Position numbers and translations under genes: made by a program. DNA of 64,000 nucleotides from Craspedostauros australis (taxonomy: Eukaryota). The stretch spans positions 1-64,000 of the forward strand of contig JALAGF010006529.1 of the NCBI GenBank assembly GCA_030167865.1. The letters are read 5' to 3'. Positions 33,817 through 44,959 of the stretch are shown here, one piece after another; positions within the stretch are counted from its first letter, which is position 1, and each line of letters starts with the position of its first letter. The notes under the pieces are model-generated. The model saw only the letters and a program-made list of their open reading frames with translations. It did no database searches and was not told where the DNA came from.

Positions 33817-34901
33817 TGTGTCTGCTCTATCCTGCGATGCTTGTATAATGCAGTATTGTATTATGTGATGTTTGTTGCGATTGTGCTCGCAAGGAGGGTC
33901 TCTTAGAAGAGACTTTAGGGCTTGGAGGCAGAGAAGCAGGAACGTCTTAGTAGTATGGATGGAGACGCTCGAGGACACCTGAGGACACCCGGAGACTCAA
34001 ATGATCACCACAGAATGCCCGGACGATCACCTCCAAAGTCCGGCTCCGGAGAGGAACAACGACCAAGAGAAAGAGAGAGAAAGGCGGGCTTCTTGGTGGC
34101 TTCTGCTTCGTGGCGATGGGACTGATGCGGAAGCTGGAGCACCTGTGCTGTGCTTCTCCGCTGGGATGGGTGGGCGAGCGTGGTGCACGATCGTAATAGA
34201 ATGTATTCTATTATATTAGAGTATACTCTATTATGTAATGTAAGAGTGCAGTCGAGTTGAGTGTTGTGAATGCCAGTTCGAGTACGAGCCGCTCTGGTCG
34301 TCCCAGTGTTGATAGGCAAGGTGAGCAAGGATGTAACGCAACTCCTTCCTTGTTCTGTTGTCCTGTTGTCCTGTCGTTGTTGTTCTGTTGTTGTTGACAA
34401 CAGTGCGCTGAAAGCGGAAGGCAGGAGCAGACCGGTTGCGCGTTCTTTGTGCCTGTTACTCTCTCTGTGCCTTTTGGTCTCCACCTCCATTTCGTTCGCC
34501 ACTTCTCCATCCGCCAACACGCAAAGAAGCCCACGGATTTGTGCGTGCGCGTCTTGTCACTCTGCCAATCCGTCTTTCCATGTTTGTTGGTATCGCAAAC
34601 TTTGATACTCTCCAGTCGTGGTATATCTGATTTGGACAACGTGGTTTTCGCCGCGATAGCGCAACCTGTGCCAACGGAGGACACTGATTTGCCTTCATGC
34701 TTCGGTGTAGAGCTTGCGATGTTGGAATAGAATGTTATAATAGAATAACATGTTGGAGTAAAATGAGATTGATGTCAAATTCGCCGTTATTCAATCATTT
34801 AGAGTAGGTACGCTCGAATCAACCCATTCTCAACTCGCCTCTCCTTTCTTCCTCCCTTGTCTGGATGCCCACTTCCTTCTATTGTTCTTCCATCACTGCC
34901 T

Positions 34902-37502
34902 TCAGTCGCTGCCTTCGGCTGTTGTGGTTGGCTCGGCGAGGGCGCCTGTCTTGCGTGTGGCTCCCTTGGGCTGTGCTCGCTTTCGCTTCGGAACCGTCTT
35001 GGACTTCGACTTGGATCTAGCATTGCCGTTGCTGGTGCCGCCCGTCTTCCTCACTCCTCTTGGGCCAGATCTGGATGGTGGAGCCGATCCTGTCTTTCGC
35101 TTGGCCGCACCTTTCTTGGCGCGCTTGGCACCACCAACAGGGCCTGGCACATCGCCACCACCTGGAGGCTTGAACAGATGATCCTTGCCTCTCACATTTC
35201 GCCTCCTTTCGGCCGGCGTCAGCAACGTGCCGCCAGTCTTCTTGTCCTCGTCCAGCACCTGGGTCACCGTCTCGAGCAGGATGTCGGACTCGATGAACGG
35301 CACTTGCACCACGGCTTCCCATGGCTGGCGCTTTCCATTCGGATCCTGCTTGAAGTCGGGTGGGTAGAAGTTGATCAGCGGCGATGTCGGCAGCAACATC
35401 AATTCGCCGATGGCCTCCGGCAAAAGCCCGGCACTTTGCGGTGGCAGAACGGACAGCAGCTGGGCGAGGCTTGGGAACGGTGTTCCCATCTCGAATGGGA
35501 ATGTTCGGAAGCCATCATCGTCAGCGTTAGCATCATTGTCAGCATCATTGTCAGTATCAGTGTCGCCTACAAAATCTTGGTAGAATTCACCAAGGTTCAC
35601 CATGTCCGTCGCCAGCGGGCTGTACAGATGTGGGAAGTACCAATCCCATGAGGAGCAACCGCGATGGTAGTAGTACAGGTTCCAATGCAGGCCCTCCAGG
35701 TAGTCGCGGACGTGCGCGCGCCTTTGGAACAACGTGCGTTCCCTGTCTTCCGCAGGCCAGCCCAGCTTCTCGTTGTAGTAAAAGTCTCGGTACGATCGTG
35801 ACTGGTTGCCAGGATGGCGGCGACGGAACGTGCGATTTCCAGTCTTTGGGCCATCGGAGTCGTCATCGGAGTCACCGCCCTCACCTTCACCCGGATCTTC
35901 GCTGGTCGATGCACTTGCACTTTCGGATGAGGCAACGACCGTGCTTGGAGGTGGTTGCGATCCCTTTTGGTTGGCAGCCACGGCACAGGCGGGTGTCGGA
36001 AGGCCGGAGTAGAATTCACCGTAAAAGTCTTCATCATCGTCTTCTTCGTCAGCAGAGAGCTTCCAGCCAGGTTCGTTCTCTTCGTAGCCACGGCGCTTGA
36101 AGTGCTCCTCCTCGTAGACGGCAAGGTGGTAGATGAACTCTTCGAGGCGCTTGGGATGGATCTTCTCCTTGTCGGTGAGGTAACCGCCCCATCCCCCAAG
36201 CAGCTCGATGTAGTTGGTGATCATGAGCGAGATGGCACCGCTGTCGATCTCGAGATGCGGGCAATGCGGGAGGAAATCGTTGCCAACCAGCATGCACATG
36301 AAGACGAAGTCGTCAATGACGCGGTCGAGCTTGTAGTTGTCAAGGCGATCGACGAACTTGCGGAATTGGATGGATAGCAGCTGTCGCAAGGCCGACAGCT
36401 CCAGCAGCTCGAAGTCATTCCTATCGTACTCCAGCATGTCCTTCTTCTTTCGGTACTTGTTGCGTCCTCTGCCCGCCATGACGACCGACATTTTCTCTCG
36501 CAGCAGCATGAATCTGGGCTCGTGCGTGACCAGACCGAGCATGATGAGGTCCGCATCGAGACCGTAGAGCACGTGCGTCCATCCCGGTGCGTACAGCGAA
36601 GTCTTCTTCCCGCTCCTGTGCTTCTCGCTGTATTCGCGGAGAAAGTTCATGACCTTGTGCTCACCTTCGCCGGGCACGTCCGGTCCGCTGACGATGACTT
36701 GGGCGCCGTTCATCCAGAAGGGATCCGTCTTCATCTTGTACTCCACCCACTTCTGCAGCGCGAGCGACAGCTTGAGCATGAAGTCCGTTCCCGGGGTGAT
36801 GCAGTTGGAATCAAAGCGCTCTTTGTCGGACTTGGGCGGCGCCGGCTTGCCGTTCTTGGTCTCCATGAGCTGCTCGCGTGCCAGGATTTCGGCCGCAGCC
36901 TGCTCGGCCTCCTTCGCGGAACGGAAGCGTCTGGATCGCTGCTGGTTCATCTTGGCACGCGGTGCGACGCCATCGACCGCCAAGTAGAGCACCTTGGAGG
37001 GTTGCACGAGCTTGTAAAGACGGTCGACGTACATGAAGATCTTTTTGAACATGGCTGTCTCATCGAGCAGCACGATCTCCCCATCTGCGTTGCCGTGCGT
37101 GCACGGGTGGATGATCCCATTCATGTCCAGGTAGAAGCTGTCGACGTCCGTGTCTGGCGTGAGTCCCTCCGTGAGGCGGCCGTTGATGATGTTGGGGTAC
37201 TGGTCCGTGAGCCAACGGAACATCTTCGGAATTCCATGCAGCTGCGTCGAGGTCGATGCTGCCGCGGTTGATCTGCCGATGATCGGGTGCACGTGACGGG
37301 CGTCGAATGGAGAGCTGCCGCCCTCCGACATGACATCAAATTCTCGCTGATGCTGCGTGGAAGGCTGCGGACCGAAATGCTTGATCGCTAATGTCCGAGC
37401 GGGCGAGAATGCGTCTGCGGCGACGCTGCAGTGCATCAGGACCAGCAGCACGATGAGTGCATTCGAAGCAAGGCCGATGCCCTGCATTCTGTGAGGAGCC
37501 AT
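34902..37502 (-). CDS. XRN: XRN-family 5'->3' exoribonuclease with N-terminal bipartite plastid-type presequence
   Basis: GIPKMFRWL, FYLDMNGIIHPC, AVDGVAPRAKMNQQRSRRF, FDSNCITPGT, PGEGEHK, YGLDADLIML, VGNDFLPH, YYHRGCSSWDWYFP, QLLSVLPPQS, DPNGKRQPWEAVV. Start chosen among several in-frame ATGs (37541-37487). Confidence 0.93.
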   Translation of the reverse strand: MAPHRMQGIGLASNALIVLLVLMHCSVAADAFSPARTLAIKHFGPQPSTQHQREFDVMSEGGSSPFDARHVHPIIGRSTAAASTSTQLHGIPKMFRWLTDQYPNIINGRLTEGLTPDTDVDSFYLDMNGIIHPCTHGNADGEIVLLDETAMFKKIFMYVDRLYKLVQPSKVLYLAVDGVAPRAKMNQQRSRRFRSAKEAEQAAAEILAREQLMETKNGKPAPPKSDKERFDSNCITPGTDFMLKLSLALQKWVEYKMKTDPFWMNGAQVIVSGPDVPGEGEHKVMNFLREYSEKHRSGKKTSLYAPGWTHVLYGLDADLIMLGLVTHEPRFMLLREKMSVVMAGRGRNKYRKKKDMLEYDRNDFELLELSALRQLLSIQFRKFVDRLDNYKLDRVIDDFVFMCMLVGNDFLPHCPHLEIDSGAISLMITNYIELLGGWGGYLTDKEKIHPKRLEEFIYHLAVYEEEHFKRRGYEENEPGWKLSADEEDDDEDFYGEFYSGLPTPACAVAANQKGSQPPPSTVVASSESASASTSEDPGEGEGGDSDDDSDGPKTGNRTFRRRHPGNQSRSYRDFYYNEKLGWPAEDRERTLFQRRAHVRDYLEGLHWNLYYYHRGCSSWDWYFPHLYSPLATDMVNLGEFYQDFVGDTDTDNDADNDANADDDGFRTFPFEMGTPFPSLAQLLSVLPPQSAGLLPEAIGELMLLPTSPLINFYPPDFKQDPNGKRQPWEAVVQVPFIESDILLETVTQVLDEDKKTGGTLLTPAERRRNVRGKDHLFKPPGGGDVPGPVGGAKRAKKGAAKRKTGSAPPSRSGPRGVRKTGGTSNGNARSKSKSKTVPKRKRAQPKGATRKTGALAEPTTTAEGSD

Positions 37503-38536
37503 CTTGAGATTGCGCATCGATGTTCTCATCAATTTTAGCATCAATATAAACGTGGAGGTCAACGTGAAGGTTGATGGGTATGAGTCTGGTTCTGGGCCCG
37601 ACTCTGATTATTGATCGCTGCAGTACGATCTACTCGTAGTCGTCCTTGTTCTGGCTGCCCTGGTTGTGCTGCTTACTCTTACTCTTTTGATTTTCTTTTT
37701 GTGGGTTGGGTGGTGATTGATGTTTGTCAGATGGTTGATGGGCAATGATGTGTGATGGTGTGTGATGATGGGTGGGTGATGGGTGGGTGATGGGTGATCA
37801 CAGAGTTGCACAAAGACATGAACAGATGCCTCGTGGGGCGGTCAGGCCTTTGAAGAAAATGATTGCGGGACTCGTGATAATTCGTGTTTGAACTTCATGT
37901 GGAATCATCTGAGTCATTTGCCCAATCGAGAAAAGAAATGAAGGAAAGGGAGAAAACACGGAAGGACAATGACTGCTTTCCGTCTTGGCCTCACCTCTGC
38001 GGAAGACGACAACAGTGAACAACACCCGCGATGCTTGTTGGAGTTGTGGTTCTCACATGCGTCTTCATTCATCTCATTTCTGCCATTCTCATACTCGTAG
38101 GTATGTGTGCAACTTGTCATCATCCTCTGCATTGGTGGAATACGTGAAGGCAGAGCAATTGCAATGGGAATGTTCTTGATCAACTGTTTGCTGCATAGGC
38201 ATGAACAGGAGCAGAGCAGAGTACTGCTATGTGCTGGAGTGGTGCCATCTTCTGCAGAGCACCCAACTTGCTGCTCTCGAGGAAGTACGAGTCTGTCCTC
38301 TGGAGCAACCTGCACGAGCTACGAGTATGATATGTCACAGTGCTCCATCTCTCGCACTCGCTCATTCCCTCACTCGCCCTTCATCCTTCCTGCATTTCAT
38401 CTCACAATCACTCGCACTTTCTTACTCACGGATTCGCACAAAGACGACAACAAGCACTGCATCAATCAGATTCAGCAATAGGAACGGAAAAGGAAGAGCG
38501 ATCTCAAACGCAAGAACAAGCATACACTACTGGAAG

Positions 38537-39182
38537 ATGTCTCTCAAATCCACATGGCCATACGCTGCGTTCGGTCTCGTACTGAGCGCTTATGCAATTT
38601 ACGTGGAGCACAAGATGGCTCACAAGCCAGACGATGAGGAATTCTCGGCTCTTTGTGACATTGATCAGATCGGCGCGAGCTGCAGGTACGCCAGCGTTCG
38701 TCTTTTTGTCATTTGCAAGCACTGGAGCGTTCATTTGAATGAGGATGTATGCAACTGATCTCCCTGTGATCTGGCGTGCGACTATCCCAACCTCACACAT
38801 CCCCCGCCTACCCCGCATTCGTCATGGACCACACACAAATCACTGCAGCAACGTGTTCCAATTGCCAGAAGGAAGGATGCTGTCGTACTTCGGCCTCGTT
38901 CCCGAGGGTTCGCTGCTGGACGTGCCGAACGCGATGATCGGGGCAACGTACTACATCTTCTGGCTGTTCATCCTGCCGTCCCTGCCCGTCCAGCTGACCC
39001 TGCTGGCAGCCAGCTTGGCCATGTCCTCCTCCATCTTTCTGGCCACAAAGCTGGTGATCTTGGGAGAGTTGTGCGTGCTGTGCTGGTCGACGCACCTCAT
39101 CAACAGCCGGCTGATATTCAGCGCCTACCAAACCTTCAAGAAGTCCACGCAGCCGAAGAAGCCACAGCTGAAACAGGTTTGA
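38537..39182 (+). CDS. VKORC1: Vitamin K epoxide reductase (VKORC1-like), 2 exons, 160 aa
   Basis: Exon 1 38537-38685, intron 38686-38848 (gtacgc...ctgcag), exon 2 38849-39182. LSAYAIYVE, loop cysteines ALCDI...ASCSNVF, PNA, active-site CVLC. Confidence 0.92.
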
Positions 39183-39899
39183 GCAAACTACTCTCCGGAG
39201 AGAGAATGGCACTCCACATACATATCACATATTACATAATAGAACGTGGGCCAGGCTTGGGCACAATATAGGAGTCTGGCGGCTCATGCCATTGCCAGAC
39301 CATTGGGTGCAAGCAAGAAGGGAGCCATGTACATAGGTACACGGATGGTACACTAGCATGTGGCATGATGCTTCACTTGACGCCAAGGGGTCACACACAC
39401 ATACACACACTCTCTCTGATCCGCTTTACTTTTGTATTGGCGCTCCATTCAAGATGAGATAAAAGAAACACTGAAAGAGAAGATCCATGCCGAACCATGT
39501 GCGGTTTAGTACCGTTTCTGTCTGGCCTCCACTCAAAGTTGATGTATCTGTTCTGCTTCGATTGTTGCATGGATCTGGCGCATCTCTCGAGAGTGTCACT
39601 CGTTCCGTCCAATGGTCGAGACTTCCGGGGCACTCAACTTCACATCACTCTGCTTCTTCATTCATATTCTGTTTCATCACACTATGTTGCATTCAACGCC
39701 CTGCGGCCGACCCACTGACCAGCGTACGTTTCATCAATTCTTCAATTGTTCATCTCTCTGTCAATGAAGGAATGCGTAGCTCGTAAGTGATCGGTGAATC
39801 TCCATGTTGTCCAGAGAGATCCATACCAACGTTGTTCGATGTACCTGTTCTGAAGAGGAGGCAGCGACATGAGTTGTACATGATGGGAAGACTGTTGCT

Positions 39900-40718
39900 C
39901 TAAGACTTCTTCTCTTCGTCTTCCTTGGTAACGATGTCAGTGGATTCCTCAGGCTCCTCAGGCTCGAACCAAGGTGCCTCACCGGCCTCCTCCGGGTCAA
40001 CACCCAGCCTCCGGGCCTGCCATTGTCCGGTGACCGAGGCTGGAGTGAGGAAGGTCCAGCCTCGCACGCTGCCCTGCAGGTAGTAGTAGTCATCCACCAC
40101 GCACGCCCAAATGTTCTTCCCCCACAGCTTCTCCTTGCTGATGCTGATGAATTGCGATGCCACATCGAAGGCCCATGTGCCTTGCGAGCCGTCGCCCCAG
40201 ATGGCGATGTTCTTGCCATCCTTGTCCGCGGCCAACCGCACCCACGTCTCCTTCACCTTCTGGTTCTGAACGTTCTCGCCTTGGACGGTTCCCACGGCCC
40301 ATTCGGATCCACGGAACTCCGCTTCCGACAGGACATCGTACTCGATGTACTCAAATTCATCGTCGTCATCGTTGTTGTCGTTGTTGTCCTTCTCGTTGTT
40401 GTCGTTGTCCTTCTCGTTGTCATCGTTGTCTTTCTCGTTGTCCTTCTCGTTGTCATCGTTGTCTTTCTCGTTGTCCTTCTCTTGAACTTTGACTGTGTCG
40501 GCCGCCGCTTGGATGCTTTCCTTGCCATTCTCTGGTGTCGATTCCTGCACGGGGGGAGTCGCGAACAGCATGGTTGCTGTCTGCCGGTTTGTCTGTCTTG
40601 CGCTATCGCAACGCATCATGGTGGTGGATGGCACGGTCCAGGCCTCGCATGTGGATGCTGCCAACGCAGCGCTGACGACGACGATGGCCGCCAGGAAGGT
40701 GCGTGATATCGTGGACAT
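39900..40718 (-). CDS. Hypothetical plastid-type protein, 272 aa
   Basis: Signal peptide ...STCEA-W, transit-like segment ending TATMLFA, acidic repeat linker, Trp-rich globular C-terminal domain. Confidence 0.85.
   Translation of the reverse strand: MSTISRTFLAAIVVVSAALAASTCEAWTVPSTTMMRCDSARQTNRQTATMLFATPPVQESTPENGKESIQAAADTVKVQEKDNEKDNDDNEKDNEKDNDDNEKDNDNNEKDNNDNNDDDDEFEYIEYDVLSEAEFRGSEWAVGTVQGENVQNQKVKETWVRLAADKDGKNIAIWGDGSQGTWAFDVASQFISISKEKLWGKNIWACVVDDYYYLQGSVRGWTFLTPASVTGQWQARRLGVDPEEAGEAPWFEPEEPEESTDIVTKEDEEKKS
40358..40482 (-). repeat. Coding minisatellite encoding KDNE/DND repeats
   Basis: Repeated ttctcgttgtc / tcatcgttgtc units, translating to EKDNEKDNDDNEKDNEKDNDDNEKDNDNNEKDNNDNNDDDDE. 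Confidence 0.9.
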
Positions 40719-41192
40719 GATTGTGAAAGGTGCTTTGGGTTGCTTGCTTTGTGGTGCGTCGTGTTATGGCAAAGGGAGATGCGAGGCAGTTGCTCTGTGC
40801 TGCTGTTGTTATTTACTCTCGAGTAATGTGGCTGTGGTGAGGATGTGAGATCTGGGTGAGCAACCAGTGAGGATGAAGCAACGGTACATGCCGTTCGGGA
40901 GCGGCACAGAGAGGAGAAGTGTAAAAGATCGCGCTCTCTTCGTTGGCTGTTGTCCTTGATGTGGATGACAAAGGTGTCATCAACGGAGACCGCGCAAAAC
41001 GAAGTGTTGGTGCTCTTGCCACCACAGTGACGTCACAAGACGCTTCCACCTGGAAGGCCTGGTCGGCCTCGACAAGAATACGCAGAGTAGGCTGTACAAC
41101 CTTGAGAATAGATACGCGGAAGTCAAGACAACAAACAACCTGATACTCTCCGCACTCCACTCTTTGGCATCATCAACAAGTGCATTTGTCCT

Positions 41193-41194
<2 letters not shown>

Positions 41195-41225
<31 letters not shown>
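41195..41225. repeat. (CT)n microsatellite
   Basis: Read directly. Confidence 0.95.
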
Positions 41226-41228
<3 letters not shown>

Positions 41229-41925
41229 CAGACTAATCAATGCGATTTTTAATTCGTACTCTGTATATTCTCCTGTACGCTTCATGATATCACTCACTGT
41301 TGTTCATTGCACCATTAGAGAATCAGAGTTGGTGCCATGCGGAAGTACGATCTCCAAGATTGATAACGTTCAAGAGCGAAAGATTGTCTTCATATCTCTG
41401 TGGCATGAATAAGCTTGCGCGCGGGTGCGGCGTACGCATGAGATTGATGCTCTTCCGCACATCCAACACTCTGTGTATCGTTGCTTATCATTCATCTGAT
41501 TCCGTCCCATGGCATGCACCAGCACACTGCTCTCCTCTACTCTACTCTACTCTACTCTACGCTTCATAGCCTTGGCCAACACAAGAATGAAGTGTTTGTG
41601 GCGTCTTCGGACGACGGACAGACTCCTTCCCACCCAACCATTGCGGATCTGAATCTTCGTCATCCCGAACACAACACCGCACACCGAAGCACAGTGGCAC
41701 GACGCACACGTTTGCGCGAAGAGCACAAGCAAACGTATCACGACTTCGCAACCAAAACGTGGTACAGAACAAGCCGCAGACAAAAGACCAAGAACGGAAG
41801 ACCAAAGACGGAAGTCACGCTGCGTCTCCCCAAATTGCGACAACCTCACAAAGAACGGATACAGACCAAATCCAATCCAGCAACAGCAGCAGCAGTAGCA
41901 ACGAATTAGAACGATTATACCCAAG

Positions 41926-43568
41926 ATGGCACCAACCTACAAGCTCTTCGCACCGGCCGGATCCTTCCGCGCCTTCGCTCCCCTCATCGCCGCCGAGTAC
42001 AACGGCGTCAATGTCGAGGTCGAGACCGAGGGCGTCGCCGCCGCCGCCAAGGCCATGTCCCCAACCGGCAAGGCCCCGCTGCTCCAGACCCCACAGGGGG
42101 CCATCTTCAGCTCCGCCGCCATGGCCCGCTTCATCGCCAGCCTGCGCCGCGACACTGGATTGATGGGAACCACCGTCCAGGACTCCGCCACCATCGACTC
42201 CTGGATGGACTGGACCGCCCAGGACGTCGAGCTCCCAGCTTGCGTCTGGTGGTACCCAGTTGCTGGATACATGCCAGCCGATGCCGCTGCGTAAGTCGCC
42301 CTTTCCCTTCCTTCCTCCCTCTTCCTTCTTCTTCCTTCTTGTCGGTACTGTGCCATCATTTATCTGCCACGCTGGTGGAATGCCGATAGGCAGCGTGAAT
42401 CTGCGATGTCGGTGTACCATATGCTCTCCTTCATGTCGACAACTAGCATTTAGGGGCCTGTCATGGGTTCGAACAAGCCAGAGCACATCACAACGTCTGC
42501 AATGAACGAGTTCAGAATGCTTTCTCTCCAATTCATTCCTCGCCCTACCGAACACAATCTGACATCTGTTTTCCTTTGCCTTGCTTTCTTCTCCACAATG
42601 CCACATCGCATCCGCACTGCATGGACATCCACACACACACGCACACCCATCCCAACAAAACGATGGACATGTACGCGTCATCTAATCTATTGCATATTGC
42701 CAACAACATCTGCAGCACCAAGAAGGCCCAGGCTGACCTCGGTGCCGCCCTTGCAACCCTGCAGAAGTATCTCCAGGACAAGACCTACCTTGTCGGACAC
42801 CAGATCACCCTCGCCGACATCGTCCTTGCCTGCACCCTCCTCTACCCATTCAAGCTCGTCTGCGACAAGGCATTCCTCAAGCCATATGGCAACGTCGTGA
42901 GATGGTTCACCACCTGCGTCAACCAGCCAGAATTCGCCGCCGTCGTTGGAAAGGTCGAGATGTGCAAGAAGTCCCTCGCCGGTGCTGCCGGTGGCAAGGG
43001 AGGCGACAAGAAGGGAGGAAAGAAGGAGAAGAAGGCCGCCGCCCCAGCTCCTGCCCCAGCCAAGAAGACCGAGCACCCATACAAGATCATGGACAAGGCC
43101 GCCCCATCCGCCTTCAACATGGACGCGTGGAAGAAGCAGTACTCCAACGCCAAGACCTACGACGATGCCATGGCCTACTTCTGGGAGAAGTTCGACCAGG
43201 AGGGCTGGGCTTTGTGGCTCCAGACTTACAACTACAACGAAGACAACAAGCGCATCTTCATGACCGCCAACGCCGTCGGAGGATTCGTCCAGCGTACCGA
43301 CGAGATCCGACGATGGGCCTTCGGTGTCATCGACGTCCTCGGAACTGAAGAGACCAAGCTTGAGATCAAGGGAATCTGGTTGCTCCGCGGAGACACCGTC
43401 GAGCACATGATCAATGCTAACGATGATGCCAACTGGTACACATGGACCAAGCTCGCCGGAAAGGGACTTCCAGTCACCGACGAGGTCAAGGCCAAGGTCA
43501 AGGCTTACTGGACCGAGGAGAACGAGCTCGAAGGCCTCCCAATCCAGGACAGCAAGGTCTTCAAGTAA
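41926..43568 (+). CDS. EEF1G: Elongation factor 1B-gamma, 2 exons, 405 aa
   Basis: Exon 1 41926-42290, intron 42291-42715 (gtaagt...tgcag), exon 2 42716-43568. GST-like N-domain (SPTGKAPLL, TYLVGHQITLADI, NVVRWFTTCVNQPEF) and EF1G C-domain (FNMDAWKKQYSN, FWEKFD, SKVFK). Strong codon bias. Confidence 0.96.
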
Positions 43569-44236
43569 GCGTCGTATCGTGATGACGCCCTCGGCCTTCC
43601 AACGGATCACATGCCGCACCGCACTTAGTTGTACCATGAAAGAGTAGAATGACATGACGTTATCAAACTCCTCCGTGCACACTTCATTGGACTGAACTTC
43701 TAATTTGTACAAGTACGATTGTCGGTATGGCGCAAGTGTGCACATGAAAGCACTGTGATGAATCGGTCAAACAAAAGAGTAGAGCGTCGCTGCCACGCAG
43801 CGCTGAGGACGATGGGTGCCAAGATCAGTCCATTTGCCTCTCGCTTCGTATCGTAGATAGTGTTTGGGGAGCTCGTGGAGAATCGGACACAAATTGCAAA
43901 TGGATGTCGTCCATCCATTGTCCGCTGATTAGTCGAACGGATCGATTAGTTTGAAATTCAAATTTTGTGGGTGTGTGTGTGTTTGGGAGCAACACGACGC
44001 GAGGAACAAAGACGACGCCAAAGGCAACACGACGGAGAGATCCTCCCTCTCCGGAACCATTATCACACAAGCCAAGCTACTTGTGCTACGACTATCCAAA
44101 CCCCCTCTCACAACATCTCCTCAGAAACCGATAACCATCCTCTTGCCGCCACACAACCTCACAAGCATCACAAACGCAAAGCACAAACGCAAAGAATAAA
44201 CACAAAGCATAAACAGAACAGAAAACAACAACAATC

Positions 44237-44959
44237 ATGAGTGCCGAAGAAGTCGCCAAAGCGTTCGTCCAACACTTCTACCAGGCCTTCGACACCAATG
44301 TCGACAGTCTCGCGGGTTTGTTCGTAAGTGCATTGCCCTTGGCATCAGCATCTTCGTACACGGCATCCGTGTTGTCTGTGTTGGTGCTTGTCTCATCACG
44401 ATGTGCGTGCTTCGGCGTCTGCACCCTCTTCGCAATGAGACAAGCTGCGGCTGGCGACCATGGCAATGGTGTGGTTCGTACCCCATGGAGTCACATTTGC
44501 GCGATTTGTTTCTGACCAACCTTTTTCCACCGCTGCATTGGAATCTGTGATTGCCGTGCCGTGCATCCTGGTGCTTACTCGTGCGTTGAACTCAACTCAA
44601 CACAATTCTACCCAATTGCACCGTCCTTATTTGGACAACCCCAACCCTACTCGTGCATGGAATAAAAAATGCAACCACAGAACCCAACATCCATGATGAC
44701 GTTCGAAGGTCAGCAGTTTCAGGGACCACAGAACATCATTGGGAAGTTCAAGACCATCGGGCCGGTCAAGCACACCGTCAAGTCCATGGATGTGCAGCCC
44801 GGAAATACGGGCGAGAGCTTGGTCATCTTCGTCACCGGAAGCATCCAGATCGGAGGTGACAATCCGCTTCACTTCTGCGAGTTCTTCTGCTTGGTATCCA
44901 CTGGTCCGGGCCAGTACTATGTGCACAACGATGTCTTCCGACTGAATTACGGGCTGTAA
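44237..44959 (+). CDS. NTF2: Nuclear transport factor 2, 2 exons, 121 aa
   Basis: Exon 1 44237-44323, intron 44324-44680 (gtaagt...accacag), exon 2 44681-44959. VAKAFVQHFYQAFD, SMMTFEGQQFQG, IFVTG, YYVHNDVFRLNYG. Confidence 0.95.

Noticed and set aside
33772..33978. Upstream extension of the cullin ORF
   Set aside because: Non-ATG start and UTR-like repeat content.
42360..42490. Possible H/ACA snoRNA in the eEF1B-gamma intron (stems CACGCTG/CAGCGTG and GCTCT/AGAGC followed by ACA)
   Set aside because: No ANANNA hinge box between the stems; too weak to call.
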